From NCBI RefSeq assembly GCF_009914755.1, contig NC_060931.1: a stretch of 64,000 nt of DNA. One strand, written 5' to 3'. Both the position numbers and the translations under genes were made by a program. The DNA comes from the human T2T-CHM13v2.0 reference genome, Homo sapiens. Position 1 is the stretch's first letter, and every line of letters begins with the position of its first letter. The notes beneath the pieces were generated by a model. It was not told the DNA's origin. It was given only the letters and a program-made list of their open reading frames with translations, and ran no database searches. This document shows positions 26,900 through 43,411 of this stretch, in pieces.

Positions 26900-28170
26900 G
26901 TCTATGACTGCTCCTCAACTCATTGCACTGCATCTTCTGGCCCCATCACTCCATTGAAACTGTTTTTTTCCATGTCCCGGTGACTCCTAGTTGTTTAATT
27001 CAATGGAATCCACTCAGTGGCATTCCATACAGGAGACCTCTCTTCACCTTTTTCTCATTTGTCAGGACACCAGCCACTTAGATTTTCCTTCTGCTCTTTG
27101 TTGTGGCGCTTTCACCAAGTTCTTTGCTGCACCTTCTCCTTACGAGAGCTCCAAATGCTGGATGAAAGTCCTGGATGGAAGTCATACTGGTTCTTTATTG
27201 AGCAACATGCATTTCCTAGGAGATTGATCACATTTATCACCATTTAGATATCTATGTGCCAAAGTCTTCCTAAGTGTCTTTCCAGTACAGGTCTTTCTTT
27301 AGAAATACAGGATCTGCTTGATATTTCCATCTGGGTTTGTCTTAAGCATCTAAACTCAACATGCCTAAAACTGAACTGCTCATTACTCCTCACCCCAAAC
27401 TTACTCCTTTCATTGTTTTCCCAGTTCAGTGTAAGGTACCACCATCTATCAAAAAGCCTAAGTGTCATCCTTGATTTAACTGTTTCCCATCCAGCAAATG
27501 CTATTAATCTTATCTTCAAAATATGTTAAATATTTTCACTTCTCTTCATTCCGTAGCTACCACTCCCATAAAAGCTGCCACCACCTCTTGCCTGAACTCC
27601 TTCAGCAGCCTTGTAACTGGTCTTGCTTTTATTCTTGCCATTAGTCTGTTATCAATACAGAGAACATTTAGAAATACAGGTCCATCATTAAAGGCACCTG
27701 CTCAAAACTCTTTTCATTGTACTTAGAATAGAATCAAATGTAATAACTGTTGCCAAGGCTCTATGCCATATGGCCCTGTCTACCTCTCCCCATCATCTTC
27801 TGAGTTTCTTTTACTTCAGCCCAGCTGACTAGTCTTCTTTTGACATTGAAAACATTCCAAAGCCCTTGCTCATTTCTGTTCCTAAACATGCAAGATATTT
27901 CCAGCATTTGGGTTTTTTTTGGTGTAGCCTCTGCCTAAAAAGCTCTCTTCATCTTTAAAAAAAAAAAAAGTACTTGTTTTAATAGTGGCTGATTCTTTTT
28001 TTAACCCTTTAGTAAATCTCCTTTAGGATTTACTAAATCCTAAAGGAGATTTAGAATCATTGACATTAGAATCCTTGGTTATTTTGATTTCCTTTGTATC
28101 AAAATTTCCTAAAATAAGGTCTGGTACATAGTAGAAAAATAAAAAAATTTATATTAAATAAATGAATTCT
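26900..28170 (+). mobile_element. L2 (L2a-like) 3' portion
   Basis: catctaaactcaacatgcctaaaactgaact...; terminal ctggtacatagtag...aaataaatgaat. Confidence 0.75.
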
Positions 28171-28592
28171 CTAATCTAAACATAGGAAATCAGTTGGTAA
28201 TGTCTACTATTAATGAAAAAACTTGGACTCAGTGAGGTTAAGTACTTTCTTAAGGCAATAAAATTTTAAGCATAGAGCCAAGATTCAAAATCTAAACTCA
28301 TTAAATAGAATATATGTCATTGGGGGAAAACAGAAGGTAATTAGCAAGTTCTTTTTCTTTAGTCAGATTAAAATTCACAGAGGTCCCCTATAGCATCTTA
28401 ATACAAATTTATGGACAAAAGAAAACTCTTGTAACTAATTATAACTACTATTCATTTATTATGTATTTATGGGCCAGAGTCTCTGCTAATTCATTTATAT
28501 ACTTTTCTACAAGTCTATGTTTTCATCTTATAGGGAAGAGAATATAGTTAATTAATTTGTGAAGGTAATTTATTAGTATTCTCCAGAACCAG

Positions 28593-28840
28593 GTTTTTGT
28601 TTTTTGTTTTTTTGCTGTATTTTGAGATAAGGTCTCACTCTGTTGCCCTGCCTGGAGTGCGGTGGTGTGGTCACAGCTCACTGCATTTTCAAACTACTGG
28701 GCTCAAGCAATCCTCAGACCAAGGCTCTGTTTCAGCCTCCTGAGTAGGCAGGACTACAAGCATTTGCCATTATGCCCAGTTAATTCTGTTATATTTTTAT
28801 TTTTTTGTAAAGACAGGGTCTCACTATGTTGCCCAGGCTC
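28593..28840 (-). mobile_element. AluJ, partial
   Basis: tttgagataaggtctcactctgttgccc...gggctcaagcaatcctc...cactatgttgcccaggct. Confidence 0.88.
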
Positions 28841-28946
28841 AGACCCAGGATTCTAACAAAGGCCTGCTTGACTCCAAAGCCCTTGCATATAACCACCATA
28901 CTAGTCTGCCTTTTTTTACTTAAGAGTCAAGAGCTAGATAAGATTA

Positions 28947-29111
<165 letters not shown>

Positions 29112-29218
29112 TTATTCATAAAGATGCTCTCTCACTGTCTCTTGAAGTCCAGTATCAGCTTATTTAAAATACATATGGTATGGTTAAAAGCGTTGCAATA
29201 TAGAACCAGTTGTGGTAT

Positions 29219-29804
29219 TGTTGCAACTCCTGTAGTTCAGCGAGTAGGAGGGAGGGTTGCAACTCTTTTTACTCCCACCACCCACAGCTCAGTGAATGGG
29301 AGGATTATAGCCGGTTTATTTCCATCACCCACAGCTCAGCAAACATGAGGGTTAGAGCTTTTTTGCTCCCGCTGACCTCAGCTTGGCAAGTTCTGCATTC
29401 CTATTCCATGGCCAACAGGAATAAGGTACGTGGACACTGGAGAGTGAGTAAGGTAGAGAAGAATTTTATTGAGCAACAGAAGGAAAGCTCTCAGCTGTGA
29501 AAGGGGACCCCAAAAGTGGGTTGCCCTCTGTGAGGCTGACTCTGGGGTTTTTATGGGCTTAGAATGGGGGAGTGCATGCTGATTGGTCCATGGGTGGTCT
29601 TGGAAAAAGCAGCATTTGATTGGTTAAAAGGCATCATCCAGAAGGAACCAGTCCAGAGAGAGTGAGTAAGATGGGGATAGACGTTCTCACTCTGGTCGTG
29701 GACTCTATGTGGAACAAGCAGCTTGTTCCTCAGGTTGAAGGTTGATCCTTACTTGTGACCAGCCCCTGTCTGCATAGGAATTTTTCTGTCTCCTATTGCT
29801 ATCA
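29219..29804 (-). mobile_element. ERV1-class solo LTR (LTR27/LTR28/MER61-like)
   Basis: TG...CA termini with 4-bp TSD GTAT (29215-29218 and 29805-29808); minus-strand CCAAT box (gattgg on +) and AATAAA (tttatt on +). Shares motifs with the MER52 LTR at 35.4-35.8 kb. Confidence 0.75.
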
Positions 29805-30399
29805 GTATTAGGCTGGAAAATAGGGACACATAATGTGAATCCTGAGGTCATTCCACATTTTCTCTGGCTTGAACTCACTATTTAGAAAGGGTTGTGGAGT
29901 AACTGAGAAGGATTCTTATTAAGAAGTACAAAATTGTTAAAGTAGAAGAAATAGATTGGTAACGCAAAAGTTAAAGGGATTGCGGTTTAGAGAGGAGTTA
30001 CTAAATTATTTTAAGGATATAAACAGTTCCTCGAATAAAGTGAACTATTTTTTATTGCCACAAGACTGACTACAGGTTTAGTAAACCTTAACAACTTTAG
30101 CAAGAGACTTATTTTAGACTTAAGTCTTTTATGATTTTAATAGAAAGTAATATTAAATAATGTCTTACTGATATTGACCATATATCTGGTATTGTATATG
30201 TATCTAATTACTCAAATGATAGACATTTTCAGATGGCCCCAAGTTGCTACAACTTGAGTGGTTGTAGAAAAATTTAGAGGGGAAATAATCAACTGATAGA
30301 TTATAACATAGGTCCAAAGTAAAGTGCACTTGGAATTATTTGAACAGTTTGGAAATAGACAGCTAACCTGAATGAGTTGCCAATATTTAAAAATCCCAG

Positions 30400-32070
30400 C
30401 CCAGAAGGGATCTCATTCTAGGCTTTTCCTTGGAAAGCCAGAAAAGACTCTAGATTTCCTGTCTCTCCCAAGGGGTGAAAAAAGCTAAGAAGCATGTATG
30501 AAAGTCACAGGTCTGATACATCAGCCCACTAAAAAATGGATATTTAATGATAACATTATGGAATGCTTTCTTTTGCTTACACCTTACTACTTTACTAAGA
30601 GGGATCTTGTATAATAACAGTAGATTAAATTGTAAAGGATGAGAGTTGCAGACTCTCTTTAAGATGGGGTGGTGGAGTGCTTAGGGAAGCCCCAAAACAA
30701 CACGCAAGACAAAACAAGACAAAATACCAGAAAGAGAAGTAAGACATAATAGAGCAGGAGAAACATTTAATGAAATAATGGCCAAGAATTTTGTAGGATT
30801 AATGACAGACACCAAACCAACAGACCAGAGAGCTCATAGAGTACCAAGAAGAATAAACACCAAAAAATTTGACACCAAGGCATATTGTATTCACATTGTA
30901 GAGCTAAAGACAAAGAGAAATCTCGAAAGAAGCCAAGAGTGTGAGGGGTGGGTGGGTATGTGGGTAGGGAATTTCACCTATAGAGGAACAAGCATAAGAA
31001 TTACAGCATACTTCTCTTAAGAAACCCATGTGTATTTGTTTCATAAAGTTGCAGTAACAAAGTACCACAAACTGGGTAGCTTCAAATCACAGACATTTAT
31101 TCTTTCATAGTTCTGGAGGCTAGAAGTCTGAAATCAAGATGTCAGCAGGACTATGTTTCCTGTGAAGGCAATCCTTGGGGTTTCTTGGTTTGCAGTTGCA
31201 TCACTCCAATATCTTCCCCCACCATAGCATGGCCTTCTCCCCTGTGTTTGTTGTGTCTTCATATCACTCTCTTTATAAGGACATATGTCATTATGACATA
31301 TCTTAATCTTGATTATATCCACAAACATTATTTCCAAATAAGGTCACATTCTCAGGTACTGGAGGTTCAATGTATCTTTTTAGCAGGTATAAATAATTCA
31401 CCTCACAACACCTTCAACTCACAACACCTTGTAAGCAAGAAGAAACTGAAGTAATATATTTGAAATGTTGAAAAAATACCACCAACCTTGAGTTATATAT
31501 GCAGTGAAATTATCCTTCAAAAGTGAAGGAAATAGTTTCTCAGGCAAACAAAATTGAGAGAATTTTTTTGCTAGCTGTCCTGCCTTGCATATAATGTTTA
31601 AAGAACGTTTTCAGGGACAAATAAAATGATATAGGTCAGAAAGTCAAATCTATGTAAAGAAAGGAAAAACACTGGACAAGGAATAAGTTAAAATAAATTT
31701 AAATATTTTCTTTTCCTTTATTTTAACTAATCTAATAGATATGTCACAGCCAAGAGGAGTCTAAGAGAACACAATGAGTAAATGTAAGGTGGTATACTGG
31801 ATAGGATCCTAGAAAGGAAAAGGACATTGGGTTAAAACCAAAACACTGAATAAAGTATGGAATAAATCAATATTGGTTTATTAATTATAAAATGTATGCC
31901 ATACTAACGTAGGATATTAATAATAGGGAAAACTGGATATAGGAACCATAATACAAATAAAAAATACAAAAATACAAAGATACAAAAATGATACAACTCC
32001 TTGTATTATTTCAACAATTTTTCTGAAAATCTGAAACAGTTCTTAAATGAAAAGTTTATTTAAACAATAT
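30400..32070 (+). mobile_element. Old L1M (L1MC-like) 5'UTR/ORF1 remnant joined to an L1MC 3' end
   Basis: ORF1-like track ORF 30778-31020; continues at 31420-31740; L1MC 3' phrases tgtcacagccaagaggag...ggatcctagaaaggaaaaggacatt. Confidence 0.65.
31030..31412 (-). mobile_element. MLT1 (C-like) LTR
   Basis: gtaacaaagtaccacaaactggg...ttctggaggctagaagtctgaaatcaag...tttccaaataaggtcacattct. Confidence 0.85.
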
Positions 32071-32327
32071 TATAAACGAAAAATGCCAAAAAAAGTGATT
32101 AAACAATGCAAAACAAAATACCTTGATCTAACAGGAAATTTAAGATTTGACAGGTAGGTAAAAGACTAAATGGAAACAGAACTCCCAAGATTCATTATGA
32201 TTGCTGTATTAGAGGAATGGTGCCTTATTTTCTGGCAAATTCTTTTCATGTTAGAATGACATATGGAGAATCTGCCTCTCTGGACCTCTTGTGTATCTTG
32301 CTCAATGGTCCAAAACTGTAAGACCTT

Positions 32328-32716
32328 CTGATACGGTTTGGCTCTTTCTCTTCTCTCAAGTCTCATCTTGAATTGTAATCCCCATGTGTCGAGGGAGGGA
32401 CCTGTAATCCCCACATGTTGAGGGAGGTAAGTGTTTGGAATATGGAGGCAGTTTCCCCCATGCTGTTCTCATGAGAGTGAGTGAACTCTCACTGGACCTG
32501 ATGGTTTTATAAGTGGTAGTTTTTCCTGTGCTTACACATGCTCTTTCTCTTGCCTGCCACCATGTAAGATGTACCTGCTTTGCCTTCTGTCATGATTGTA
32601 AGTTTCCTGAGGCTTCCCCAGCCGTGTGGTACTGTGAGTCAATTAAACCTCTTTCCTTTATAAATCACCCAGTCTCTGGGAAATTCTTTATACTAGTGTG
32701 AAAATGGTCTAATATA
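32328..32716 (+). mobile_element. THE1D/MSTA-type solo LTR
   Basis: tgatacggtttggctc...gtgagtcaattaaacctctttcctttataaatcacccagtctc...ctaatata. It sits within an older LTR remnant (~32250-33300). Confidence 0.9.
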
Positions 32717-32837
32717 CTTTGGCTGTTCTTTCCTTAAGCCACTTCTTAGAATTGTTAATGCTCAAGGCAATTTTGAAATGTGAGGTAAAACATACACCAG
32801 GTATCCCTTTGGACAAAGAACAGTCTTGCTTTTTGCT

Positions 32838-33058
32838 CAGGGATGTCAAATCTTTTGGCTTCCCTGGGCCCCATTGGAAGAAGAACTGTTTTGGGCCACA
32901 CATAAAATGCACTAATGCTAACTATAGCTGATGAGCTAAAAAAAAAATCGCAGAAAAACCTTATAATGTTTTAAGAAAGTTTACAAAATTGTGTTGGGCC
33001 ACATTCAAAGCTGTCCTGGGCTGCATGTGGCCCACGGGCTGCAGGTTGGGCAAGCTTG
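32838..33058 (+). mobile_element. MER30 (hAT-Charlie non-autonomous DNA transposon)
   Basis: cagggatgtcaaatcttttggcttccctgggcc...tgggccacattcaaagctgtcctggg...ggttgggcaagcttg. Confidence 0.85.
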
Positions 33059-33918
33059 CTCTAAAATCAATGGATTCTCTAAGCTCAAGCTTCCCTTATG
33101 CAGCATACTCCTGTGTGTGCAGCTCCACCTAGCTCTCCTTGTTGCTCTGTGCAATTTTGGGTTCAGTGAAACCAATACAACTATGATGACAATACTTCTA
33201 TTGTTTGTGCTGCCTTAAACTTCTTCTCTGTGACCAGGAGTCTTGCATTCTTCTATTACCTTCCATAGGACTATGGAAGGCTAACTTATTAGCTTGTATA
33301 GTATTTTGGTGGGAGTCCTCCTCGTTCTAGCCCTCCTTAACATCATCAAACTTATTTAAGTAGCATAAAATCCCAAGAGAGTTTATTTCCAGTAATTTCT
33401 TCTTTGAAGCGCATTGTATTTAGTTCTTTTTACTTACTTTTTTCCATCTTTTTGGTTCACTGTATCCCATTATTTCATTCACTAATTTTCTTTTCAGCTG
33501 TTTTTATTGTGTTTGTTTGAACTGGTTAAATATTTAACATCAACAATTATATTTTTCTGGAAATTCCATTTATTCTTCTTTCAAATCTGCCAGACATCTT
33601 TTAAAAAGCCTCCTGCTCTTTATGTTTTGAACTTCATCCATTACATTTTAAAATACTTTTAAACATATTTAACATTTTGTCTCTAACAATTTTAATATCT
33701 GAATTCTTTGAGATTTGATAGTATGTTTTCTCTGCTGCCACTTCCTTATGGTGCCAAATTTCCTCATGTGTCTTGTAATTTTGGAATGTAAGTACCTATT
33801 TAAGTATGTCTGATGCAATTATCTAACTTGAGATAATTCCTCTAAAATGTATTTACATTTGCTTCAGTAAGGTTCCCTGGGGCACCTAAAGTCTGTGACC
33901 CTTGAAATTAATTACCAC

Positions 33919-34302
<384 letters not shown>

Positions 34303-34851
34303 TCACAAGGAGACCAAATAGATTTCCTGCTCTTTACTTTTGCCAGTAGGTAGATATTTTTCCAGTTTATCATTTCATTTTGAGATTGTAGCTTTGAGAG
34401 TTTCCACCTTACCCTGGCTCAAATCATTGCCTCTGTTCACTTACAGGCTATTGTACTATCATCTGCTCTCTTTCTTCTATTGTACATATGGGACTTTCCT
34501 CTTATCCATATTTTATAGTCCAGACTTGGAAGTTTTACATTCCATTCTTATTCTTTTGGTGGTGGTGTTATCCTTAAATTTTAATATGCATACTTAACAA
34601 TATCGAAAACTGATCAATCTATTCCCATTTAGGATAACAAAAACACATTAGAATATTATAACTTTAAATATTCTTCTATCTTCCATGCATTCTTATTTAG
34701 CATTTAATTGCTATCATTTTTATTAAATTTTTGTTGAAAAAATAATAGAAAAAATTAAACATCTTCAGTTTCCAGAGCACTTAAATTTTACAAAGATTTT
34801 TATAAAGAGAACACAGGTGTGTAATCACTACTCAGATCAAAAATATAATAT

Positions 34852-36358
34852 TGATGGCAGCGGCGCCCTGTCTGAAGTGACTGCTACCATGATACCGGCT
34901 GCAGTAGGGGAGGTGCAGCCAGGGCTGCACTCCACAGAGCCGGTGGGATCCCCACCTGCCCCCTTCCAATTTGGAGGGGCAGAAGCTCCACCCTTACAGG
35001 CAAATCTGCAGCTGCCCAGCCACGGCTGTGGACCAGGCATCACTGTGCTCTCAGGGGCCCAGGAAGTCCCTTGCCCCTGCAGGCTTGAAAGTGTCTGGTC
35101 CCGCTGCCTGGCCTCTCCCTGCTCCCAGGGTCCACTCTTATTTCAGAGCAAACCTGTGGGCGAGCTTGGGCGCTGTCACACCCCAGCTGGGTGTGTGTGT
35201 GCTCAGGGCGATGCTGACATACCAGCCCCTTGCCACATCAGCATCCTCTCGACTTTGGGTGCTGACCAGCATTGGAGGGAGGCTGATGAGGGGGCTAAAA
35301 ATGACTTGGTGTAAACCTGCAGGCGCCCCTTGACATGCACAGCCTGGGTGCCATAAACATTAGGTTGATGATGGCAGGAGGCAGACAGGCTCCTGGACAG
35401 AAAGGGTCCCGGGTAAGCCCCACCTTCAAGCCAGGAATGGCCTGAGGCCTGGGGGCCTGGGGGCCTAGCCACCAGTTCCGCAGACCAGAGTGAGGACTTA
35501 CGATGCCTTTCCCTAGGTCCACCCATGACCACCCATAGACCAATCAGCATGCACTTCCTCTCTTCTGAAGCCCATAAAAATCCTGGATTCAGCCAGAGTT
35601 GAGCAGACTTTAGGATGACCTTCCTAAGTCTGGATAGGAGCTACCCACTCTGGGTTTCCCCTCCGCTGATGGCTGCACAAACATAGGAACGACCTGTCTG
35701 CAGAAAGGAGCACGGGTTTCCTAAGAGGTGTACTGTCACTCAATAAAGCACTTATTTGCCTTTCTCACCCTCTAGTTGTTCATGTACCTCATTCTTCCTG
35801 GACACAGGACAAGAACATGGGACCCACCAAATGGTAGGACCGAAAGAACTGTAACACAAACAGGCCTGAAACACATCCCCCCTGCTCACTGCATTGCAAG
35901 TAACAAGAAGGAGAGAGGAGGCCAGACCTTAGGCCTCCTGAGCCAGAGCTGTGACGCCCTCTTTGGGGCTCTATGGTTCCTGGTGTCTCCAAGCATTCAG
36001 GTGCCACTGTGCTCCCTGGAGCCCACAGTGGAAGCCACTTGTGGTACACATGGGGCAGCTGCAGCCTTGCACAGAGCTGGCACCTGTGCCAGATCCTGGA
36101 GCTGCCCACCCCACCACAGCCGGCATGCCTGGCTGTGGGCAGCAGCCAGACCCTGTGCTTGCTCGCTCATGCACCCCTTGCCACTCCAATCCTGGCTCAC
36201 CCTTGGCAGGTGTGGGATCCAGGCTGACAGCACAAGCTGAGTGTAGCTGGCCAGATTGAGTGGGCAGAGCCCAACAGGCCTGAGGGAAACTTGGGCAAAG
36301 GTATACTGGTCACAAATTTTTCTAGCTAGTGAAGTAACACCCCAAGGATCATGTGGTA
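34852..36358 (+). mobile_element. MER52A-type ERV1 solo LTR
   Basis: Begins tgatggcagcggcgccctgtctg; GC-rich; CCAAT (~35540), CATAAAAA (~35573), AATAAA (~35742); ends caccccaaggatc. It accounts for the cluster of chance ORFs here. Confidence 0.85.
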
Positions 36359-36359
36359 T

Positions 36360-37530
36360 TTCTGAAATAAATATTTATAGAACACCAGAAGTTCTTTGTA
36401 TACTTTTTCATTCATTCCTTCAAGTTAACTATTATTTTGGTGATTAATTTGACTGTTTTAATTTTGAACTTTATATAAATAGAATGAATCAAATAGTAGG
36501 ATACTCTTTTGTGTTTGGCATCTTTCACTCACTACTATAATTATGAAGTTTATCCGTATTTTTTTGTGGCAGTGGATTTTAAATTTTCATTTGCTGTAAA
36601 GTATTCCAGTGCCTGAACATATACATTTATTTACCAATTTTAATATTGAGTGTTTTGAGGGTTGCTTCTAGTTTTTTGCTGACACTAATAATGCTGCCAT
36701 GAAATTTGTTATATGTCTTTGTTTGCATATGTGTGTGCATTTCTGTTGAAGAAAAATTACTGGAACATAGGGAAACATATGTTCAACTTCCCTTACATTG
36801 CCAAAAAGTTTCCAAAAGTGATTATTCCAATTTACACTTACATAAAATGTTTGAGAATATCAATTGCTCTATATCTTTGCCAATATTTGATATTGCTATC
36901 CTTTTTCATTTTAGTCATTAAGGTGGATGTGTGGTTGTATTTTACTGTGCTGTTAATTTGCATGTCCCTGACAACTAATAATAGTGAGTACCTTTTCAAA
37001 TGCTTATTGGCTATTTGTTGTTGTTTTGAAGTCCCTTTTCAAGTATTTTGTCTCTTCTAATGATTAATTTGTTTTTAATTATTGGTTTGTCAAAGTTCTA
37101 TATATGTTCTGGATACAAGTCCTTTATCAGATAAATATGTTACAAATATATTCTCTTAGTTAGTGGCTTACCTTTTAACTCTTAAGTGTAGGTCTGTTTC
37201 TGGACTGTCTCTTCTGTGCTGTTGATCGTTTTGCCTATTCTTGCTCCAATACCACAGTGCCTTAATTACTATAGTTTTAAAATAAGTCTTGATATCTAGT
37301 TTATCCTCCAGTTTTGTTCTATTTATTATTTAAGATCGTCTTGGTTATTCTTACCTGTTTACATTTCCAAACAACATTTTAAATTATCTTGCCAATTAAA
37401 AAAATTTGCTAGGATTTTGATTGGAATATCACTACATTTATAGATCAGTTTGGGAATACTTGAAATCTTTACAATATTGAGTTTTAAAATTAATGGATAT
37501 GACATATTCCTCAATTTATTTAGGTCTTTA
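36360..37530 (-). mobile_element. L1ME/L1MD 3' region (continues at ~34700-34850 on the other side of MER52)
   Basis: ttgaactttatataaatagaat...; ttctggatacaagtcctttatcagata; aggattttgattggaat. Confidence 0.75.
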
Positions 37531-37609
37531 AAAGTATGACTCGGTTGGTGGTCTTCACATTCCATGATTCACCTGCAAAACAGAGATTGGACTAACACTA
37601 AAATAACTA

Positions 37610-41548
<3,939 letters not shown>

Positions 41549-42404
41549 TATTAGAAAATAACTTTAAAAACAGTTCGACAATAATAGTTTTTTCAAAGCT
41601 TTGTTCTATGTAGATATGAAGTAAACAGCAATTAGAGAACAAGAAGAAAAAAAGTATTGTTATGCTGTATGCAATTTTTCTTTATTAATTCTAGACTCTT
41701 TCAGTACCCTGAGAGTTGTTAATGTCTTAAGTCATGAAAATAACATAAGGAGGTTTATTTTACAACACAAGCAAATTGAAAAAAAACACATAACAGAGAA
41801 ACTAAAATCAGACAAATGTTTTAAGGCTCAACATTTTGGGCTAATTGAAAGAACAGCTACCCTGTATTCATAAAAAGCCTGGACAATAGGCTAATCTTGA
41901 AGACATACAGTCTTGTTTTTCTTAAGTACACACAGTGATTTAAACAAGTTGTTCTCGAACTATTTCAAGAAGAGTTCCTTAGGCTTTCATTAAAATCATT
42001 AATGAAACTGACTTGTAATTAAGAACATGCATTTGTATAAACATTTGTTAGAAATCGATAAAAATGATTCTTAGGTTATTTAGAAATCCAATATCTTCAA
42101 TGATTTTGTCTACATTATTAATTTGATTCACAATCACTTTTTCTTAGTATATATCCCAGTTTTAAATATAAATTTTAAATTTGTGTAGTTCAAATGAATG
42201 AGGTCTCACTGTATTTTAAAATGATTCTTTTAAAATAAAAATAATCTCCATCTACAAAAATAAATGAAACATAGATCTCTAGAAAAACATGTTTTTGTCA
42301 TAATACTTGTTACTGTTATCAGCTGTTTTGACTAGGATGGACTCAAAAGTTAGATATGCCAGTCACATGCATAGAAGCATACCTTTCCTTCCAACTGTAT
42401 ATTT

Positions 42405-43400
42405 ATTATTCATTCACTAATTCATTCAATAAATATTAATATTAACACTGCCTTTGGATGTCAGGCACTCTTGTGGGAAGATAAATGTGTATACACAGCT
42501 GACAAACTTCCCACTCTCATGGGCTTTACAGTCTAATGAAAAGACATAGATAATAAGCAAGATAAATAAGTAAAAATAGTATGGTAGATGATCAAAAGGG
42601 CTAAGGAGACAAGGTACAAAAAGGCAATGGCAAGTGTTTTAGGGGGTTGGAATTTAGAGGAGTCACTAGGAAAGGACTTGTCAATGGGACAATATTTGAG
42701 TAAAAATTTAAAGGCAGAAAGAGAATAAAATATGCTAATTCTTAGAGAAGGACATTCTAGTAGAAGAAACAGAAAGTGTCAGGATCTTGAGACAGCAGCT
42801 TACTGGGAATTTAGTGCCATTCACCAGGAGTAGGGCTAATAGGAGGAAGAGCAATAAGAACATGGCACAGGTATACATATGTAACTAACCTGCACGTTGT
42901 GCACATGGACCTTAAAACTTAAAATATAATAACAAAAAGAAAAATTAAAAAAAGAAGACATGAAACATAACCTTTTAAAATAAAAATATAATCACTTTTT
43001 AAGCATTAAAAAAAAGAAATAAGATTTGAAAAGAAACTAGATCAGATTACATGGAATTTAGTACATCTTTATAAGTACCATGGCTTATGCCCTGGCAAAT
43101 AGCGAAACATTGAAGGATTTTGAGTAGTCCAGTGACATGGTCTCACTTTACTTTTTTAGCTTTAGAAAAATCCTCATTATTGCTATGTTTAGAATAGACC
43201 AAATGGGAACAAAAAAGCATGGTTCGAGAGATCAGTAGGAAGCTATTGTGAGCAAGAGGATTTGGTCAGAGTAGAAGCATTGAAGCCAAGAAAATTGACT
43301 GGGCTCTGGTTATATTTTGGTAGTAGAATGAACAGGATTTTGCTGATGGATTGGATATGGGATGGGAGGATAAGAGAAGAGACAATAATGATTGTAATAT
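42405..43400 (-). mobile_element. L2 remnant
   Basis: attcattcactaattcattcaataaatatt...; aacaggattttgctgatggattggatatggg. Confidence 0.7.
42860..42953 (+). mobile_element. Extremely 5'-truncated L1PA 3' end
   Basis: acatggcacaggtatacatatgtaactaacctgcacgttgtgcacatggaccttaaaacttaaaatataataa plus an A-rich tail. Confidence 0.9.
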
Positions 43401-43411
43401 GTTTAAATACA

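Noticed and set aside
34817-36259. Dense cluster of overlapping 70-165 aa ORFs
   Set aside because: All lie in the GC-rich MER52 LTR, where stop codons are scarce; no recognisable protein.
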